Part shown: positions 25,301-36,739 of the stretch, one piece after another | Layout of the letters: every line of letters starts with the position of its first letter | How positions within the stretch are numbered: position 1 is the stretch's first letter | Source of the DNA: Monocercomonoides exilis PA203 | Taxonomy: Eukaryota; Protista; Preaxostyla | Assembly: GCA_001643675.2 (NCBI GenBank) | Contig: LSRY02000037.1 | Coordinates: forward strand, 868,001 to 932,000 | Reading direction: 5' to 3' | DNA length: 64,000 nucleotides | Position numbers and translations under genes: made by a program | Notes under the pieces: model-generated | Database searches by the model: none | Told to the model about the DNA's origin: nothing | What the model saw: only the letters and a program-made list of their open reading frames with translations

Positions 25301-28300
25301 ACGGAGGTCTGAAGTCGAGCTGGAACAGCTCCGCCCCGATTTGAGCTTCAACATTCGCGCATTTCACATACACGTCTCTTCCCCTAAAAGCTTTGTTTTC
25401 CATGAACGTCGTGTTTTCCAACAGGAAAGGAAGCAGCCCATCGCTTGCAATTGATGAGCAATCCAGGAACATCGCACCTCCTCTGCCAGTCGCTGAGCAG
25501 AAGCATCCAGAGATCGAACAAAAGTTGCAGTGGAACAACGAGCCTTCGCTCAATTTCATGGCAATGCATCCGCCATTCTCACTCAGGCTGCTTCCGCTGC
25601 TCTTGATCGACGTGTTTCGGACAAGCACGCGGGAAGGCTCGCTTCCACAGCAGCTGATGATCGACGGCTCAGAAGGAGCACTTTGGCGAAGCGAGAAAAG
25701 CGTGCAGCATTTCAGCTCAACCGTTGGACTGTCGCCTTCATTCAATATCTGTGGCTCGCCTCGCAATTTGCCCTGCGCCAGCTCTGCCACAATGCTTTTG
25801 CCCATCAGTTCCATGTTGCTCATCGAGACATTCGTCAAGTCAATGCTGCTCTCATGCGATGCCATCAGAATGTGATTTTTGCACTTGATGGATTGGAACG
25901 AGCAGAATGACATTTCGCATGTTCCAGTCAGGCAGGCAACAACACAATAAGGAATGGCTGCCTCAGAAGAGCTGGTGAAGGAGCAGCTTTGAGCTGCAAA
26001 AGCGCTGCCAGCTGTGCTTATCAGCTTCGTCTGCTTCCATTCAGATCCATCCCCGAAGCAGATCTCAATGTTAATGAGAGTGCATGTGCCGGTGTTTGCC
26101 AGCACAGAATCGCGTTCTTCTTCCTTTCCTGCCTGAGGTGAAATGGCTGCTCCAAAAGTCAGGGCAGGACGAGACTTGGCGTCAACTGAAGTCACAGTGA
26201 CGTTTGAAAAGTCGACCTCGCTGTTCACCCGTGCTTCATCGATAACGAGGAAAATGCTCATGTTTGGCTGCTCTGGCTCATCCAACGCACGAAAGTGCTT
26301 CTGCCCATACTCCATTGTTGCGCATGGCTCTTCTGCACTCCCACACCGCAGAACATCCCACCCGCTGTTCTTGCTGAGATGGATTTCTTGAGAAGCATAT
26401 CCAATCAGAAATCGGCAAAGATCGAAGTTTGTCTTCGTGCTGTCGTTTCCCACAAACAGATTTTTATCTCCCGCTGTCTCGCTGACTTCAAATGCCAATG
26501 TCTGTTTTGTGATGGAAGCATTCAGGTCTGACGAGAGAAAGAACATGTTTTTCCCGTGTTTTGCAGAGCACTGATCGAAAGCCATCTGCTGGAAGGAGAA
26601 TGCATTGGAAGCCGAGCAGTCGAAATAGACCCCTCCTCCTTTCCCACCTGTTTCACACTCTGCGCAGCATTTCGTGAATGTGGCATTTTCCATCGTAAAT
26701 TGTCCTTGAGCCTCAACAACAACTTTCATTGCGCCTCCCTCTATGCTCTCAGCGCCTTTGGCATTCGTGACATTCCAGTGCAAGCACTCAACATGGCTTG
26801 AAATTGAGGATGCAATTAACACAGCCCTGTTTGCATCGCCGTTGGTGATCCCTTCAAAAGAGCATTGCGAAAGAGAGATAACCTCGTCACTCGTCGCACC
26901 ATCATTCAATAGTTTGGATGTTGACGATGGAATCACACAGATGAGAGGTTGATCGCCAATGTCTGCGTTTTTCACTTTCAGCGAGATAACTGTCGGAGCA
27001 GCAGCACCATTCTCGCTCACTGCAATAGGTGCCTGGCAGAGGCAGCCTGAATCAATCTGGCAGTCGTTGATATTGAGTGTCCCTCCGCAGATCTGAAACA
27101 GCCAGTAACTTATTTGGTTCAGCTCTCCCACCTGCATTTCGAGCGCGCATTTTGCCAGCGACAGGTTGCTCTCAGAATTCAAGGATATTAACGTTTCTAT
27201 CTCAGCATCTAACGAAGAAGGAAGCAAAAAGTGGATCAATTCGACGGACACATCCCCTGTTGAAGCCATCACTTTTCTTGTTGAGGCCTGCAGCGACTTG
27301 ATGCAAGTGATTTCTGCTTTTGAAGTATTTGATGATTTCAAATCCAAATTGTGCAACATCATTTCGTTTTCAATTGTTGCTGAGGCAAGAACAGCTACTG
27401 TCTTTGCGTTTTCTTCATCCAACCTCTCCACACAGTAATTGAGCGAGTGGCACGGATAATCCGAGAATCCACACACAACAGTATCAGCTCCATCCTCGCT
27501 TCCCACATGGACTGTGCTCCCAACTTCCTCCAGAAACAGAATCAACGGAATCGCGTGCTCGTGATCATTTCCATGGAACCCACATAAATCATCAAAGGAG
27601 CTATGCCCAAGTGCATAAACAAAAGGAAGCGTCTCGTTCGTGATCGATTCCTTCAGGTCTGGAGATTGAACAAATAAATCGTTTCCATGCTTCGCTTTAT
27701 TCGGCTTTTCTGATGAAAAAGAAGGTGTCTCGATTGTTAATGAAGCATCTGAATGCCCAAGTTCCAGAAAGATTCCTCCTCCATATCCCTCCTGCGAATC
27801 GAAAGGCGCCTCGCATTCTTCGAACGAACATGAAGAAATTGTTGTTGAGAATGTATTTGGCAGTGAGAGGAACAGCGCCCCGCCTCCATTTCCATCTCCA
27901 GAAACAACACAATGCTCAAAAGTGCATCCACTTATTGAAGCATCGCAGCCATCCTCAAATCCTTCGCTCCGCACTGCATTCAGGCATCCGCCATTCTGCT
28001 CGCTCTCAATATCCCAAAAAGAAGTATTGGAAAGAGAGACAGATTTGCAATCCGACAAAGCAATTGCACAGCCTTGCGAAAATGAAAACCCAGAGACATT
28101 CACAAATTCCATCGTCAATGAACCTTCATCAACACGAATCAGGGATTTTGTTAAGGGCTGAGTCGATTGGGTACTTTTCGTGAAACTGCACAGCTCCAAC
28201 TGAACTGAGCCTGAGGAGCCGACCGCAATTGCAGATCGATTGAACACGCAAACAAAGGAAATCCTCTTTGCATTCAGCGAACCATTGCCGATCGAGATTA

Positions 28301-30242
28301 AGCAGCCATTTGACGAGGCTTCGTGACACTTTATTACCGATGAGTTGCTCTCTGTTCCGACAAAAACGATATTTCTCCAGTCAATGTCAATCATGTCTTC
28401 TTTGAATTCTTCACTTGATATCAAAACATTCTGCCCCAAATATGAATTCCATCTTGTCACTCCATATTCCACTGTTTGACATTCTGATCCTGTTCTTCCA
28501 CAAGTGTCCACATTTCTACCAGAATTACTGATATGTATTTCTGGCTGAGGAGCTGGCAGATATGAGTCATATGCCACACCTTTATCTCCGCATTTCTCTG
28601 CAAATACACTGCATTGCACAACTTTTCTTGGAGCTGTTGAAAGTGTAAAACTTCGCAATATCTGAACTGTGTTGTCTGTCAAGCTAAATCCCTTTCCTAT
28701 ATAAATATCTGCTGCATGTGTCGATTTCTGCACTGTATTGTTTTCAAACAAGCAAAATTGGATTTTGACGTTCTTATTGTTATCATTATCGGAAACATCA
28801 AATCCTCCTGCACCACGTTTGGAATTTCCATTTAATAAGAAACAATTTGATATCACAAAATCGACTTTATGAAACTGTAGATATACCGTTCCAGCAAAAC
28901 ATTTAAATGCTTTACTGCATTTGAATACAGTGTTGTAAATTGATCCGCTTCCTCCAATAAACCATGCAACGCTTCCCCCATAAGCTGCTGAAGAATTTTC
29001 AAAAGAACAGCCAATAACAATAGAAAATTTATTTGTAATATGAGTAAATGCTCCTCCGATAGGAAAATTTCCCGTTCCTCTGCAACAATTAAACAATGAA
29101 TTTTCAATGCTGCAGTCACTTCCATTGCTAAAAATTGCTCCCCCATAGCCATAATAACCATCAAATGTATCGGTGCATTCGGAAAATGTGCATTTGTCAA
29201 CAGTGAGCTTGGCACTTTCGCTTACTGCAATTGCACCACCATGAACAGCGCTGCATTCGGTGAAGTTGCAATCTTCGAATTTGATTTCTCCTTCTGAAAA
29301 CGATTGTGCTTCATTTGTGAAGTTCTGATGGGAAATGGTGTTTTTCGAACGAATGAAAGAAGTGTTTGATGAGCCAAAACCACATCCACGAGAGCCAGAA
29401 ATGAGAACTCCATAAAATGGACAAACGCAATCAGCGACCATGCAGCCTTCCATTTTGCTTTCCTGTAAAGAATGCTTTTGTGGAAAGTTTTTGTTGTTGC
29501 TCTGAACAGAAATGTTGCGGAAGCTGCAAAAAGAAGCTGAGGCAAATGACAAATCGACATCTCCAATGAACGGATTCGCAATTGAGGCACAAAACGAAGA
29601 AAAGGTGCAACACAAAACATGAACACTGCCTGTCAAAGGTTGTGCGCAGGAGCTTGCTGAGACAAGAGATGGCCATGCCTGCTTCGGAAAAGTTCTTTGG
29701 AATGAAATATTCGTCATTCTTATCGTTCCTCCAGCACAGTCAAAAGGAGATAAATCCGTCTCTGTCACCACATTTATGATACAATCGCTTACAGATAATG
29801 TGGATAATTCATTTCTCACAGAAATGGAAGATGTGCATCTTTGGTCAATTTTTATTTGCTCAACTGCCAATGATGCGTTCAGAACCTTCATCCTACTGCA
29901 AATCCAGCTCCACTCATTCTTGCTATCATTAAGTGCGAAAGCAACAGAGTCATGATCAAACCCCCTCTCTGTATCCACCAGCAATCGTTTTGAGCTTTTT
30001 TCTGTATTTGTCAACCAGCCAGATGAATCAAACTCCTGCAGCTCATTAGACTTCACCACAGTGATTGCATTCACTCTGTGCAAAAAGAGTGCATTTTTAC
30101 TTGCCTCATAAGTTTCTCCTAACATTCCAATGCTATAATCTTGAAAATCAGCTTTTTTGAATGCATCTGCTTTCAAACTAGTATCTCCTGTGCATAGCAA
30201 AGCAGAAATAATTATGGAGACACTTATACTCGCCAAAAGCAT
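22329..30242 (-). CDS. Giant single-pass receptor-like protein (~2637 aa): signal peptide, beta-helix/polymorphic-membrane-protein-like GGA[I/L] repeats with CGx4PC modules, TM helix, cytoplasmic kinase-like C-lobe (pseudokinase)
   Basis: Intronless ORF; first ATG at 30242 gives hydrophobic MLLASISVSIIISALLC. Repeats HGGAI, YGGAI, GGGAL, YGGGI, GRGGAM and CGFSDYPC, CGSAEEPC, CGTMSEPC. TM LLIIVIILSIILIFFIVLFVVVVVLL followed by RKK. Tail KRWKAPE..VFTLGLILHEMTTGEVP..WADEPRDRPS. Confidence 0.92.
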   Translation of the reverse strand: MLLASISVSIIISALLCTGDTSLKADAFKKADFQDYSIGMLGETYEASKNALFLHRVNAITVVKSNELQEFDSSGWLTNTEKSSKRLLVDTERGFDHDSVAFALNDSKNEWSWICSRMKVLNASLAVEQIKIDQRCTSSISVRNELSTLSVSDCIINVVTETDLSPFDCAGGTIRMTNISFQRTFPKQAWPSLVSASSCAQPLTGSVHVLCCTFSSFCASIANPFIGDVDLSFASASFCSFRNISVQSNNKNFPQKHSLQESKMEGCMVADCVCPFYGVLISGSRGCGFGSSNTSFIRSKNTISHQNFTNEAQSFSEGEIKFEDCNFTECSAVHGGAIAVSESAKLTVDKCTFSECTDTFDGYYGYGGAIFSNGSDCSIENSLFNCCRGTGNFPIGGAFTHITNKFSIVIGCSFENSSAAYGGSVAWFIGGSGSIYNTVFKCSKAFKCFAGTVYLQFHKVDFVISNCFLLNGNSKRGAGGFDVSDNDNNKNVKIQFCLFENNTVQKSTHAADIYIGKGFSLTDNTVQILRSFTLSTAPRKVVQCSVFAEKCGDKGVAYDSYLPAPQPEIHISNSGRNVDTCGRTGSECQTVEYGVTRWNSYLGQNVLISSEEFKEDMIDIDWRNIVFVGTESNSSVIKCHEASSNGCLISIGNGSLNAKRISFVCVFNRSAIAVGSSGSVQLELCSFTKSTQSTQPLTKSLIRVDEGSLTMEFVNVSGFSFSQGCAIALSDCKSVSLSNTSFWDIESEQNGGCLNAVRSEGFEDGCDASISGCTFEHCVVSGDGNGGGALFLSLPNTFSTTISSCSFEECEAPFDSQEGYGGGIFLELGHSDASLTIETPSFSSEKPNKAKHGNDLFVQSPDLKESITNETLPFVYALGHSSFDDLCGFHGNDHEHAIPLILFLEEVGSTVHVGSEDGADTVVCGFSDYPCHSLNYCVERLDEENAKTVAVLASATIENEMMLHNLDLKSSNTSKAEITCIKSLQASTRKVMASTGDVSVELIHFLLPSSLDAEIETLISLNSESNLSLAKCALEMQVGELNQISYWLFQICGGTLNINDCQIDSGCLCQAPIAVSENGAAAPTVISLKVKNADIGDQPLICVIPSSTSKLLNDGATSDEVISLSQCSFEGITNGDANRAVLIASSISSHVECLHWNVTNAKGAESIEGGAMKVVVEAQGQFTMENATFTKCCAECETGGKGGGVYFDCSASNAFSFQQMAFDQCSAKHGKNMFFLSSDLNASITKQTLAFEVSETAGDKNLFVGNDSTKTNFDLCRFLIGYASQEIHLSKNSGWDVLRCGSAEEPCATMEYGQKHFRALDEPEQPNMSIFLVIDEARVNSEVDFSNVTVTSVDAKSRPALTFGAAISPQAGKEEERDSVLANTGTCTLINIEICFGDGSEWKQTKLISTAGSAFAAQSCSFTSSSEAAIPYCVVACLTGTCEMSFCSFQSIKCKNHILMASHESSIDLTNVSMSNMELMGKSIVAELAQGKLRGEPQILNEGDSPTVELKCCTLFSLRQSAPSEPSIISCCGSEPSRVLVRNTSIKSSGSSLSENGGCIAMKLSEGSLFHCNFCSISGCFCSATGRGGAMFLDCSSIASDGLLPFLLENTTFMENKAFRGRDVYVKCANVEAQIGAELFQLDFRPPFVRELAMWGCTAPDYADEQDLLLLVVVYQSETIFASSSADNASDTRQCGTMSEPCISLNVALHHIIPSVFSNLLIGKSAVVSGEASACDVWIKSLSAEGERGNIVLNSSIGSKRSNLFSCSSRVKIEFLKFMFGSAFSSSHSSLLSLTDGNLSISNTAFSQVDSSENSEYKLNCSIILVENGRLSIDGCTFDCLRLGSSCVESSTGLYFSLVDLNISDVNSGVLLDFRNLADLSMQQVLISSCTLEQSVLVLHNCKDSHLQKVQVKNAESKASLIVFCSDGSGGHSYIQCSHVELDDTRVSKESLVSAECEDANVEMNFLAICSAMLGEGCAVSVASNASTFRLKQSSYQNITRNSLGPCCFASSSSSSSSSLLVELENCTSQKCISSSEKGRIAALTDLTDVNLSSCAFDGAAGVQHFGINEDSFENLCRWNGSMIDLHNCSGLMKDSTLTNSENGGLSLTGGSVEIEKGEFMNNNPSIVNYGSARRNILCGDSGRLKVVSLKGGDGVKDNASLWILDEGCTLEGIARERASAFFIPRVESVTSEKSGEKVDIVFRGSVLLPCNLSFKTVAAIGDEEVVEKYLFDASGFISEKEIHGSVPVRTVEGVPSEAEVRVCINFGKADSPSVTDSFVLKNRSESKTNEYERIVEGGKEQKSFLLIIVIILSIILIFFIVLFVVVVVLLRKKLTETKKRVEKERLENEQTIGKVEKRNENNRGSIEMSDMPSTLLEGMTSQIPLLIENDEEDLPEPPLITDDILNENDLPDLESPIQLSENASVSLVPQSHSLNVILAKKPFREKEKNNIKTLHSVIHSVQGNFTLGTRAMDVIDGKEVVMAVAVLLEHLISVDDERVGMIARQLCPYSIFVEEGNENEIFVLTEELKDEKQKEEMKRWKAPEEGNEDEEMEKTVVFTLGLILHEMTTGEVPLSECDAEEAQEMMRDGVRPLTEGIEGEDLVELMEKMWADEPRDRPSLNEIIKLLEEIYQYGDG

Positions 30243-30883
30243 TGGTCTTGCTCTTCCTCCGAAACACAAAACAGTATTGATATTTCAGTTAAAATTTATT
30301 ATGAGAATTGATCAATATAATCTGATGTGTGTTATTTTTTCTCGCAGAAAAACAGAGTTGTTTCGTTTTTTAATTCAAAACTATGTGTATATATGTTTGT
30401 TTATTTTATTTTATTTTATTTTATTTTATTTTATTTTTTTCACTTCTTTCATAAAATTCAATCCCACTTCAACCACTTAATGAAATTCCTCATCCCGTTC
30501 AAAGCAGTTCAACAAAAACTCCCAAGCAGATTTGCAAGGAAGAAGAGTCAGGCTGTGATGCGGTTGACGTTGATCGATGATATTTTTGATCTTGTGAAAA
30601 TGCAATGCTTTATCAACACACAATTTAAAAGGGAATAATATTTATTTTTTCAGTTTATCGATAAAAAAAGAAAGAAAGAAAAATTATCGAACTTTGAAAT
30701 GACTGACACACTTAATGCCATTAATGCCACTTCCACTTCTGTTTTGCTTTTCATTTCTGTTTTTCTCTAAAGAAGCAAAAATTATTCTTTTTTTCGAATG
30801 ATTGGAGTGAATTTATCAATGTCAATGCATATTTTTTGCAAATTCGAAAGAAGAAGAGGCAATTGAAGTAATTGCAATATCAG

Positions 30884-31152
30884 CATAAGAAGAAGAGAAG
30901 GAAGAAGAAGAAGATAATGATGATTATGATATAGGAGGTGTTCGTTATGCTGTTATAGCTGCTAAAGAAGAAGAAGACGATGAAGGAAATGAAGATGATG
31001 AAGAAGAAGAATTTTGTATTTGAAATGTAACTCTTTTGTTGGAAGGGAATAGAAGAGAAGAAGAAGAAGAAGAAGAAGGAGAAGAAGAAGAAAAAGAAGA
31101 AGAAGAAAAAGAAGAAGAAGAAGAAGAAGAAGAAGAAAAAGAAAAAGAAAAA

Positions 31153-31184
<32 letters not shown>

Positions 31185-31293
31185 TAGTGATGACGATGAA
31201 GATAAAAAATATTAAGATGAAGATAAAGAAGAGAAAGAAAGGAAGGAAGAGAAGGAAGAAGAAGAGGAAGAAGAAGAGGAGGAGGAGGAAGAG

Positions 31294-31325
<32 letters not shown>

Positions 31326-31348
31326 AGAAGAAGAAGAAGAAGAAGAAA
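30884..31348. repeat. Imperfect (GAA)n/(GAG)n purine microsatellite tract
   Basis: Long GAA-dominated low-complexity run; source of spurious poly-K/F/L ORFs. Confidence 0.9.
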
Positions 31349-31349
31349 T

Positions 31350-33579
31350 GCACCCCTCACAGAACTCGACTGCTCACTCACTTCGCTCTTCTCCTCTGCG
31401 ATTTCAACGAACGATGCAAGCAACGTGAGCAGGCGCTTGTTGACAAAGTTGAGCGGGGAATGTGCCATGTTATTCTCTTTCTTTCCTTTGCATTTCTTTC
31501 CTGTTCAATCAACAGTATCAGTTCACGTTGTAACCTCGTCTGGTTCATCAGGCCTGTGAAGAAAGAGCGCAATGGAAGCATCACAAACTTGACAAAAAAA
31601 CAGAAATATCACCTGGCTGATGATCACCATCGTTCGGTTCATTTTCTCCGCTTCGCCGATTTCGACCTCTGTCTGTGCGCGAATCAGCTGCGTGTGGATT
31701 TCCGAGCCTTCGGTGAGGTCGTTACTGGCGATGCTGAACAACTGCAAGAACTGCGCATTGCTCGAAATGACATAGGCAATGCTGATATTAAAGAGAGATA
31801 CAGGCAGTCACAGAGAAAAATATGGATCAAACCATCAAGGCCAGCAAACCGGTGCATCATCAGCACATTTCTGTCTGGTCTCTCTTCATATTTCGTGCGG
31901 TTCTTCAGCAAACAAAGGTGTTTTCAAAACCATCAGTACATCCATAGATGGAAGCGATCCTTCCAGCACAGTCGTCTTCAGCCCTGCAATTGTAGCATCT
32001 TGTGCAATCTCCTTCACCACCACCCCCTTTTCCGCCTCTTCGCTTCGGACTTTGCTGCGGATGCAGACTGAGCTGTATCTGAGGTGGTCGTCAGTGTTGA
32101 GGTAGTCCATCACTGCCCACGCCAGCAGCTTCTGCAGCTTCTCCTTGCTGTTAATCAGGTGGCACAGGTCTCTGCTAACTGGAGATGCTCCCTTGGAATC
32201 AACAACATTTGTGATTAGGGCTGGGCTGTTGGGAAAGACAAGCTGCATTGCGTAGTAATTGAGCTGCATGATCTGCACGTGGCGGATCGATGACAAGATG
32301 AGCTGATTTCTTTACTGTCCAATTTACATGAATAATAAAAAGCAGAATATCATCATGCACGTTATCAAATAGGCCACACACACACCCACACACAATCTCC
32401 ACTGTCAGCTGCAGCACCGCGCGGACGCTGATGAACGAGGGAAACTTTCTCGCCTTCGTCTGCAGCTCTGCCACAGCGTGCATCACGTTCGACTGCCGCT
32501 CATTCCACTCCCTCTCTGTGCGCACATGCACATTCAGCACTGCCACATCCACATGCGCTGCGCCAGCGACTGAGGGTGAAGGAGGCGTCGGCGGCACATC
32601 CAGCGCTAAGGCACGGGCTGTCTGGTGGCTGTCGACATTCGCTTCGCCTTCGGCTTTGTCTGACTGATACAACCGATCATCGCCTCCTCCTCCTCCTCCT
32701 CCTCTTCTTCTTCTTCTTCTTCTTCTTCTTCTTCTTCTTCTTCTTCTTCTTCTTCTTCTTCTTCTTCTTCTTCTTCTTCTTCTCGTGCTCCGTGATAGCG
32801 ATCTCTCAGACGCTTGTGAAAGAAGAAGATTGAATTCCGTTTTTTCTCTTTTATTCTTTCTTTTCTCTGTCGCCTTCTCCTCTTTCGTTTTCCTTGCAGC
32901 GCTCTTTCGACCCTTCTTCTTCTTCTGATTCGTCCATCCCTTTCACTTAGCCATATCTCACTTTCACTTTGTACCCTTGCTGTCCCTTTTTCCCTCTTCT
33001 CTGCCTTCCTTCCTCACTCTCATCACCTCCTTGTATTATCTCCAGATCAAGCGAAGGCGGCCGTTTCAAATGCTTTCTTTTCCGTTCGTCGTTCCTTCCC
33101 CTCTTCTTCTTGCCCCCTTTTCTTCCCCTTTTAACATGTCTGCCGTCATATGTGGAAGAATCCGACTCATCATCATCTTCCTTTTCCTCTCTGTTTTCAC
33201 TCACACGATGTCTATGTTTAATCACGTGCTCACTTCTGCTTCTGTGCTTCTCTGTCACCCTGTTTCCTCCATATGATTTCATGCTCACATGAGGGATAGA
33301 TCCGTCGTGGCTGACCAACGGCACAAGATCCCCCGAACCCTTCACCTCCGACTGCGCAATCACTCCATTGTTCTGGTCTGCCAGCAAAAGCGCATTCAGT
33401 GCACTCACATTCGCTGCTAACTGCTGCTGAATCTGTTGAATTGTGAACCAGATTTGCAGAAGAACCATCTCTAGCAGAAGTAAATTGTAATGAAAAGACA
33501 GAATTTGTTGCTCTTTTTGCGCTTGCATCTCCTGAATAGCTTGCATCATCAACTCACTCAAGCAATGAGCTTCACTCAA
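31350..33579 (-). CDS. Multi-exon hypothetical gene or pseudogene (unknown product; poly-E and basic low-complexity tracts)
   Basis: Successive minus-strand ORFs 32947-33579, 32199-32672, 31886-32296, 31523-31747 and 31378-31584, joined by plausible introns (GTGTGT..TGGACAG near 32390-32315; GTGATA..CTTCACAG near 31612-31554). Some stops remain and the model is unresolved. Confidence 0.4.
32683..32782. repeat. (CCT)n(CTT)n microsatellite (poly-Glu on minus strand)
   Basis: Direct reading of the sequence. Confidence 0.9.
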
Positions 33580-34498
33580 AAGCGAACGTGTCTTTATTAA
33601 CAGATCTTATTATGTTCTCGACCATTCTATTACAGATTATCAAAAAAATAAATATGATTGGAAAAATTCAAAAAAACAAATGGACAGACATTTTTTATAA
33701 AAAAAAGGAAAATACCAATTTTGAAAATAAATAGTAAGCTAAAATATAAAAGTGCGGGCTGGCTCTGCTTTCATTAAATGTTTGTATTCATTCTTAACGT
33801 TGAAAAATTTTGATCAATTCAAATTTTTATAAAAAAATCAGAATTTTTGTTTTTAAAAAAAACAATAAATATATAAAATATATAAACCTTGAACATTTTA
33901 TTTATATTAAATTGCAAGATGGTTCAAGAAATGAACTCTTATTCATGGAATATTTGCAATTTTAATTCAGAAAGGATCAAAATAGATATTATTTGTCGAA
34001 TTGAATTCATTTTTTCTTTGAAGGAAGTTTGCATTAGCAAACAAACATTTTCCAGATAATAATTGTTTTTTTATTAAAACCCTGGAAAATTGAATTTTTT
34101 TTGAACAACAATTAAAACTGTATTAAAGGAAACTTGATGTTTTTTTTTTTCCATTTTGTTAAACACTTTGTTTTACTGCTGAAAAAATTACAACTATAAT
34201 AATATAAAATTGTGATCCAAATGCCAAAAAAGACAAAATAATAATTTAAGTATGGTCGCTTATATCAGTATTAAGGTTCATAAAAAAAAAAGTTTTTGGA
34301 GAATTGCTTTTCTGGCTTTTTGTGAAGCCGTGTTCCTTTGTTTTTTTGTGGTTTATTTATTTAGCATATATAAATATCATAGAAGTTTGTGTGATGTTAC
34401 TTCAATTATTTTGACAAGTATTTTAATCGATAATTTTTCTTTTGTAATTTGTTGCTGTGAACGCGAAAAACATATTGATTGCATTTTTACTTGTCAGA

Positions 34499-35953
34499 AT
34501 GGGACCATCTGTAAGTGAATTTATTAATGAATCATCTGGGAAGCTTCGCGTCGAAAGGTTTTTCGGTTTGTGACATTTTTTCTTTTTCTTATTAAGAACA
34601 ATGATCGATGTAACTATATGATTTGAAGAATTGATTTCGGGCTTACGCAACTTCAATAATACAGATCAGAAGGTAATAATCAAAGAACTAGAATTGGTAA
34701 TGAAAGCAATGGATAAAAATGAACTTGAAGGTGCTTTAACTGTTGGGGTGTTTGAAGAAATTAACAGAATGATTGCGGACAATAAATTAGGATCTTATAA
34801 TTGCTGCCTGTTGATGAAATGCATTGGATATTGGAAAGCAATGAAAAACATAGTGATTTGTAATTTTGGTAAATCTACCTTATGCAAAAGATTTGAGCTG
34901 ATGATTTTCGAAGAAATGAGCAAAAAGGAGGGGAAAAGCGAAAGGCTTCTTATTGACCTTTGTGAATGCTATTATTTGCTTTCTGATGACAATATTAACG
35001 AAAAAATGGCTCCTTCAATCACATCTTGTCTTCTTAAAGTTGCTTCAAATGAGGAGAGAAGCATAAATATACAAAAAGAAGTTGAAATGGCATTACTAGC
35101 TCTGAGTGAAGGCAGCAGGGGAACAGTTTGTCCATATATTTAATATTAATTTTTTATTTATTGATTATTTTTTTCTGGACAGTTGGTGAAAGGTTCACAA
35201 CCTCTTGAAGAGATGATAGATATCATATACCATCACAACGATCATCGCAATCTGACTCAATTAGCATTTCAATCGGCATGGCGATTTATGATAAACAACT
35301 GGCACAGAAATTCAAACTCGCAAATTGTAGTTGTGGCAAGCATGATTTTTTTGACGGTGGTGAAAAGAGAACTGAAAGAACTGATAAAATGCGTTGACTG
35401 GAAGAGAGAAGACGAGGGAAGAGAGAAAATACGATCAGAACCGAAAGCAACACAAATGATAATTCGATGGTTGGATGTTCTTGGGAATTTTTTCATAATG
35501 TGCGACAAATGGGATGACGATTTTAACGAAGTGGTGCGTTTCGTTGTTGAACTATTCAGAACAGCACGAGATAATGAACAAGAAATATCGGAAATGTGCA
35601 CTCATGCTTTGAAAATGCTTGCACGCAGCAAAAATTCAAGCGTCGATATATTTGAAAAATGTGGTGTGAGTGAAATGATTTCACAGGAAATAAATTGCCG
35701 AGATTCGAATGATAAAATAACAGAAAATTGCACAGTAATCCTTTTGCTGATTTCAGCAAAATCGAAAGACAAGGCCGATAACGACACAAAAGTGGAAAAA
35801 AGTGAAGACGGCAGTAAGGAAGACAACTGAAAAGATAAACGAGATCGACTCACGCACAGCTTCACAAGCTGTTACGAAGCATTCGATCATTGTTGCAGAC
35901 AAAACAGCGCTTATTTATCGTTGAATATTTCTGACTACTTTGTGAATGTTTGA
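34499..35953 (+). pseudogene. YFVNV-family gene, 3 exons (34499-34565, 34629-35125, 35183-35953), premature TGA at 35828-35830
   Basis: MGPSVSEF..ERFF|E; introns GTTTGT..TTTGAAG and GTTTGT..GGACAG keep the frame; family motifs QKEVEMALLALS and HRNLTQLAFQSAW; ..LSLNISDYFVNV* lies in frame downstream of the early stop. Confidence 0.8.
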
Positions 35954-36653
35954 GGAATATCAATGTTTTGCGCTTTGTTACTCTAATTTTTTTATTTTTT
36001 CTTTATTTTCTATGATTTTCTATTTTTTTTTTATTTCATCACATCCCAATTCGATAAACATTTGAGAGTTTTTGAGCAATTTTCGAGAAGGCTGTTTTTC
36101 CTTTATGAAATATTAAAAGACAACAAAATAGACATTTTTGACAGATATGTGTCATTCCATTGAATTCAACAATCACACAAATTTCAATTGTCACTTTGAT
36201 TGTTGAGTAAAGTGTATGTTCATTTGTTCTTTCCTCTTATAGATCGATCTTTATTCCTTTGTAACATCATCTTAATAAAACAAAGCATTAAAACACAAAA
36301 GAACTTCAGAAGAAAGAAGTCGGGGAAGAATGAGATTCAGACTGTAATTATTAACTTTTAGAAATAAAAATCGAAATTCTCATCCTTCAAACTAAAGGAA
36401 CAGAGAAAACTGAAAATAAATGGCAGTATTGGAAAAGTGTTCTATTTGTAAGGAGTCATACCAAAATTCAGAATTCCTAGTTTTTCTTTTTCCAAATATT
36501 GTTCCACCCATCATTTTTGAATCTTTTTCTTTAAACATTAATTATTCATAAATTTTTTGTGTAATAACGTTGGCTTATCATAAAATGAAAGCAGGAAAAC
36601 AGGAGCAAATGTTTTTTTTTTTTCTAAATTTTGTGAAATGAAAGCATACAAGA

Positions 36654-36695
36654 AAGTTAGTTAGCAAGCAAGCAAGTAAGAAAGCAAGCAAACAA

Positions 36696-36730
<35 letters not shown>

Positions 36731-36731
36731 G
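36654..36731. repeat. Compound tetranucleotide microsatellite (GTTA/GCAA/TAAA)n just 3' of the 36740 stop
   Basis: AGTTAGTTAGCAAGCAAGCAAG..ATAAATAAATAAATAAATAAAT. Confidence 0.8.
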
Positions 36732-36739
36732 CATATTAT

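Noticed and set aside
30880-32071. Poly-F, poly-L and poly-K ORFs
   Set aside because: Products of the GAA microsatellite.
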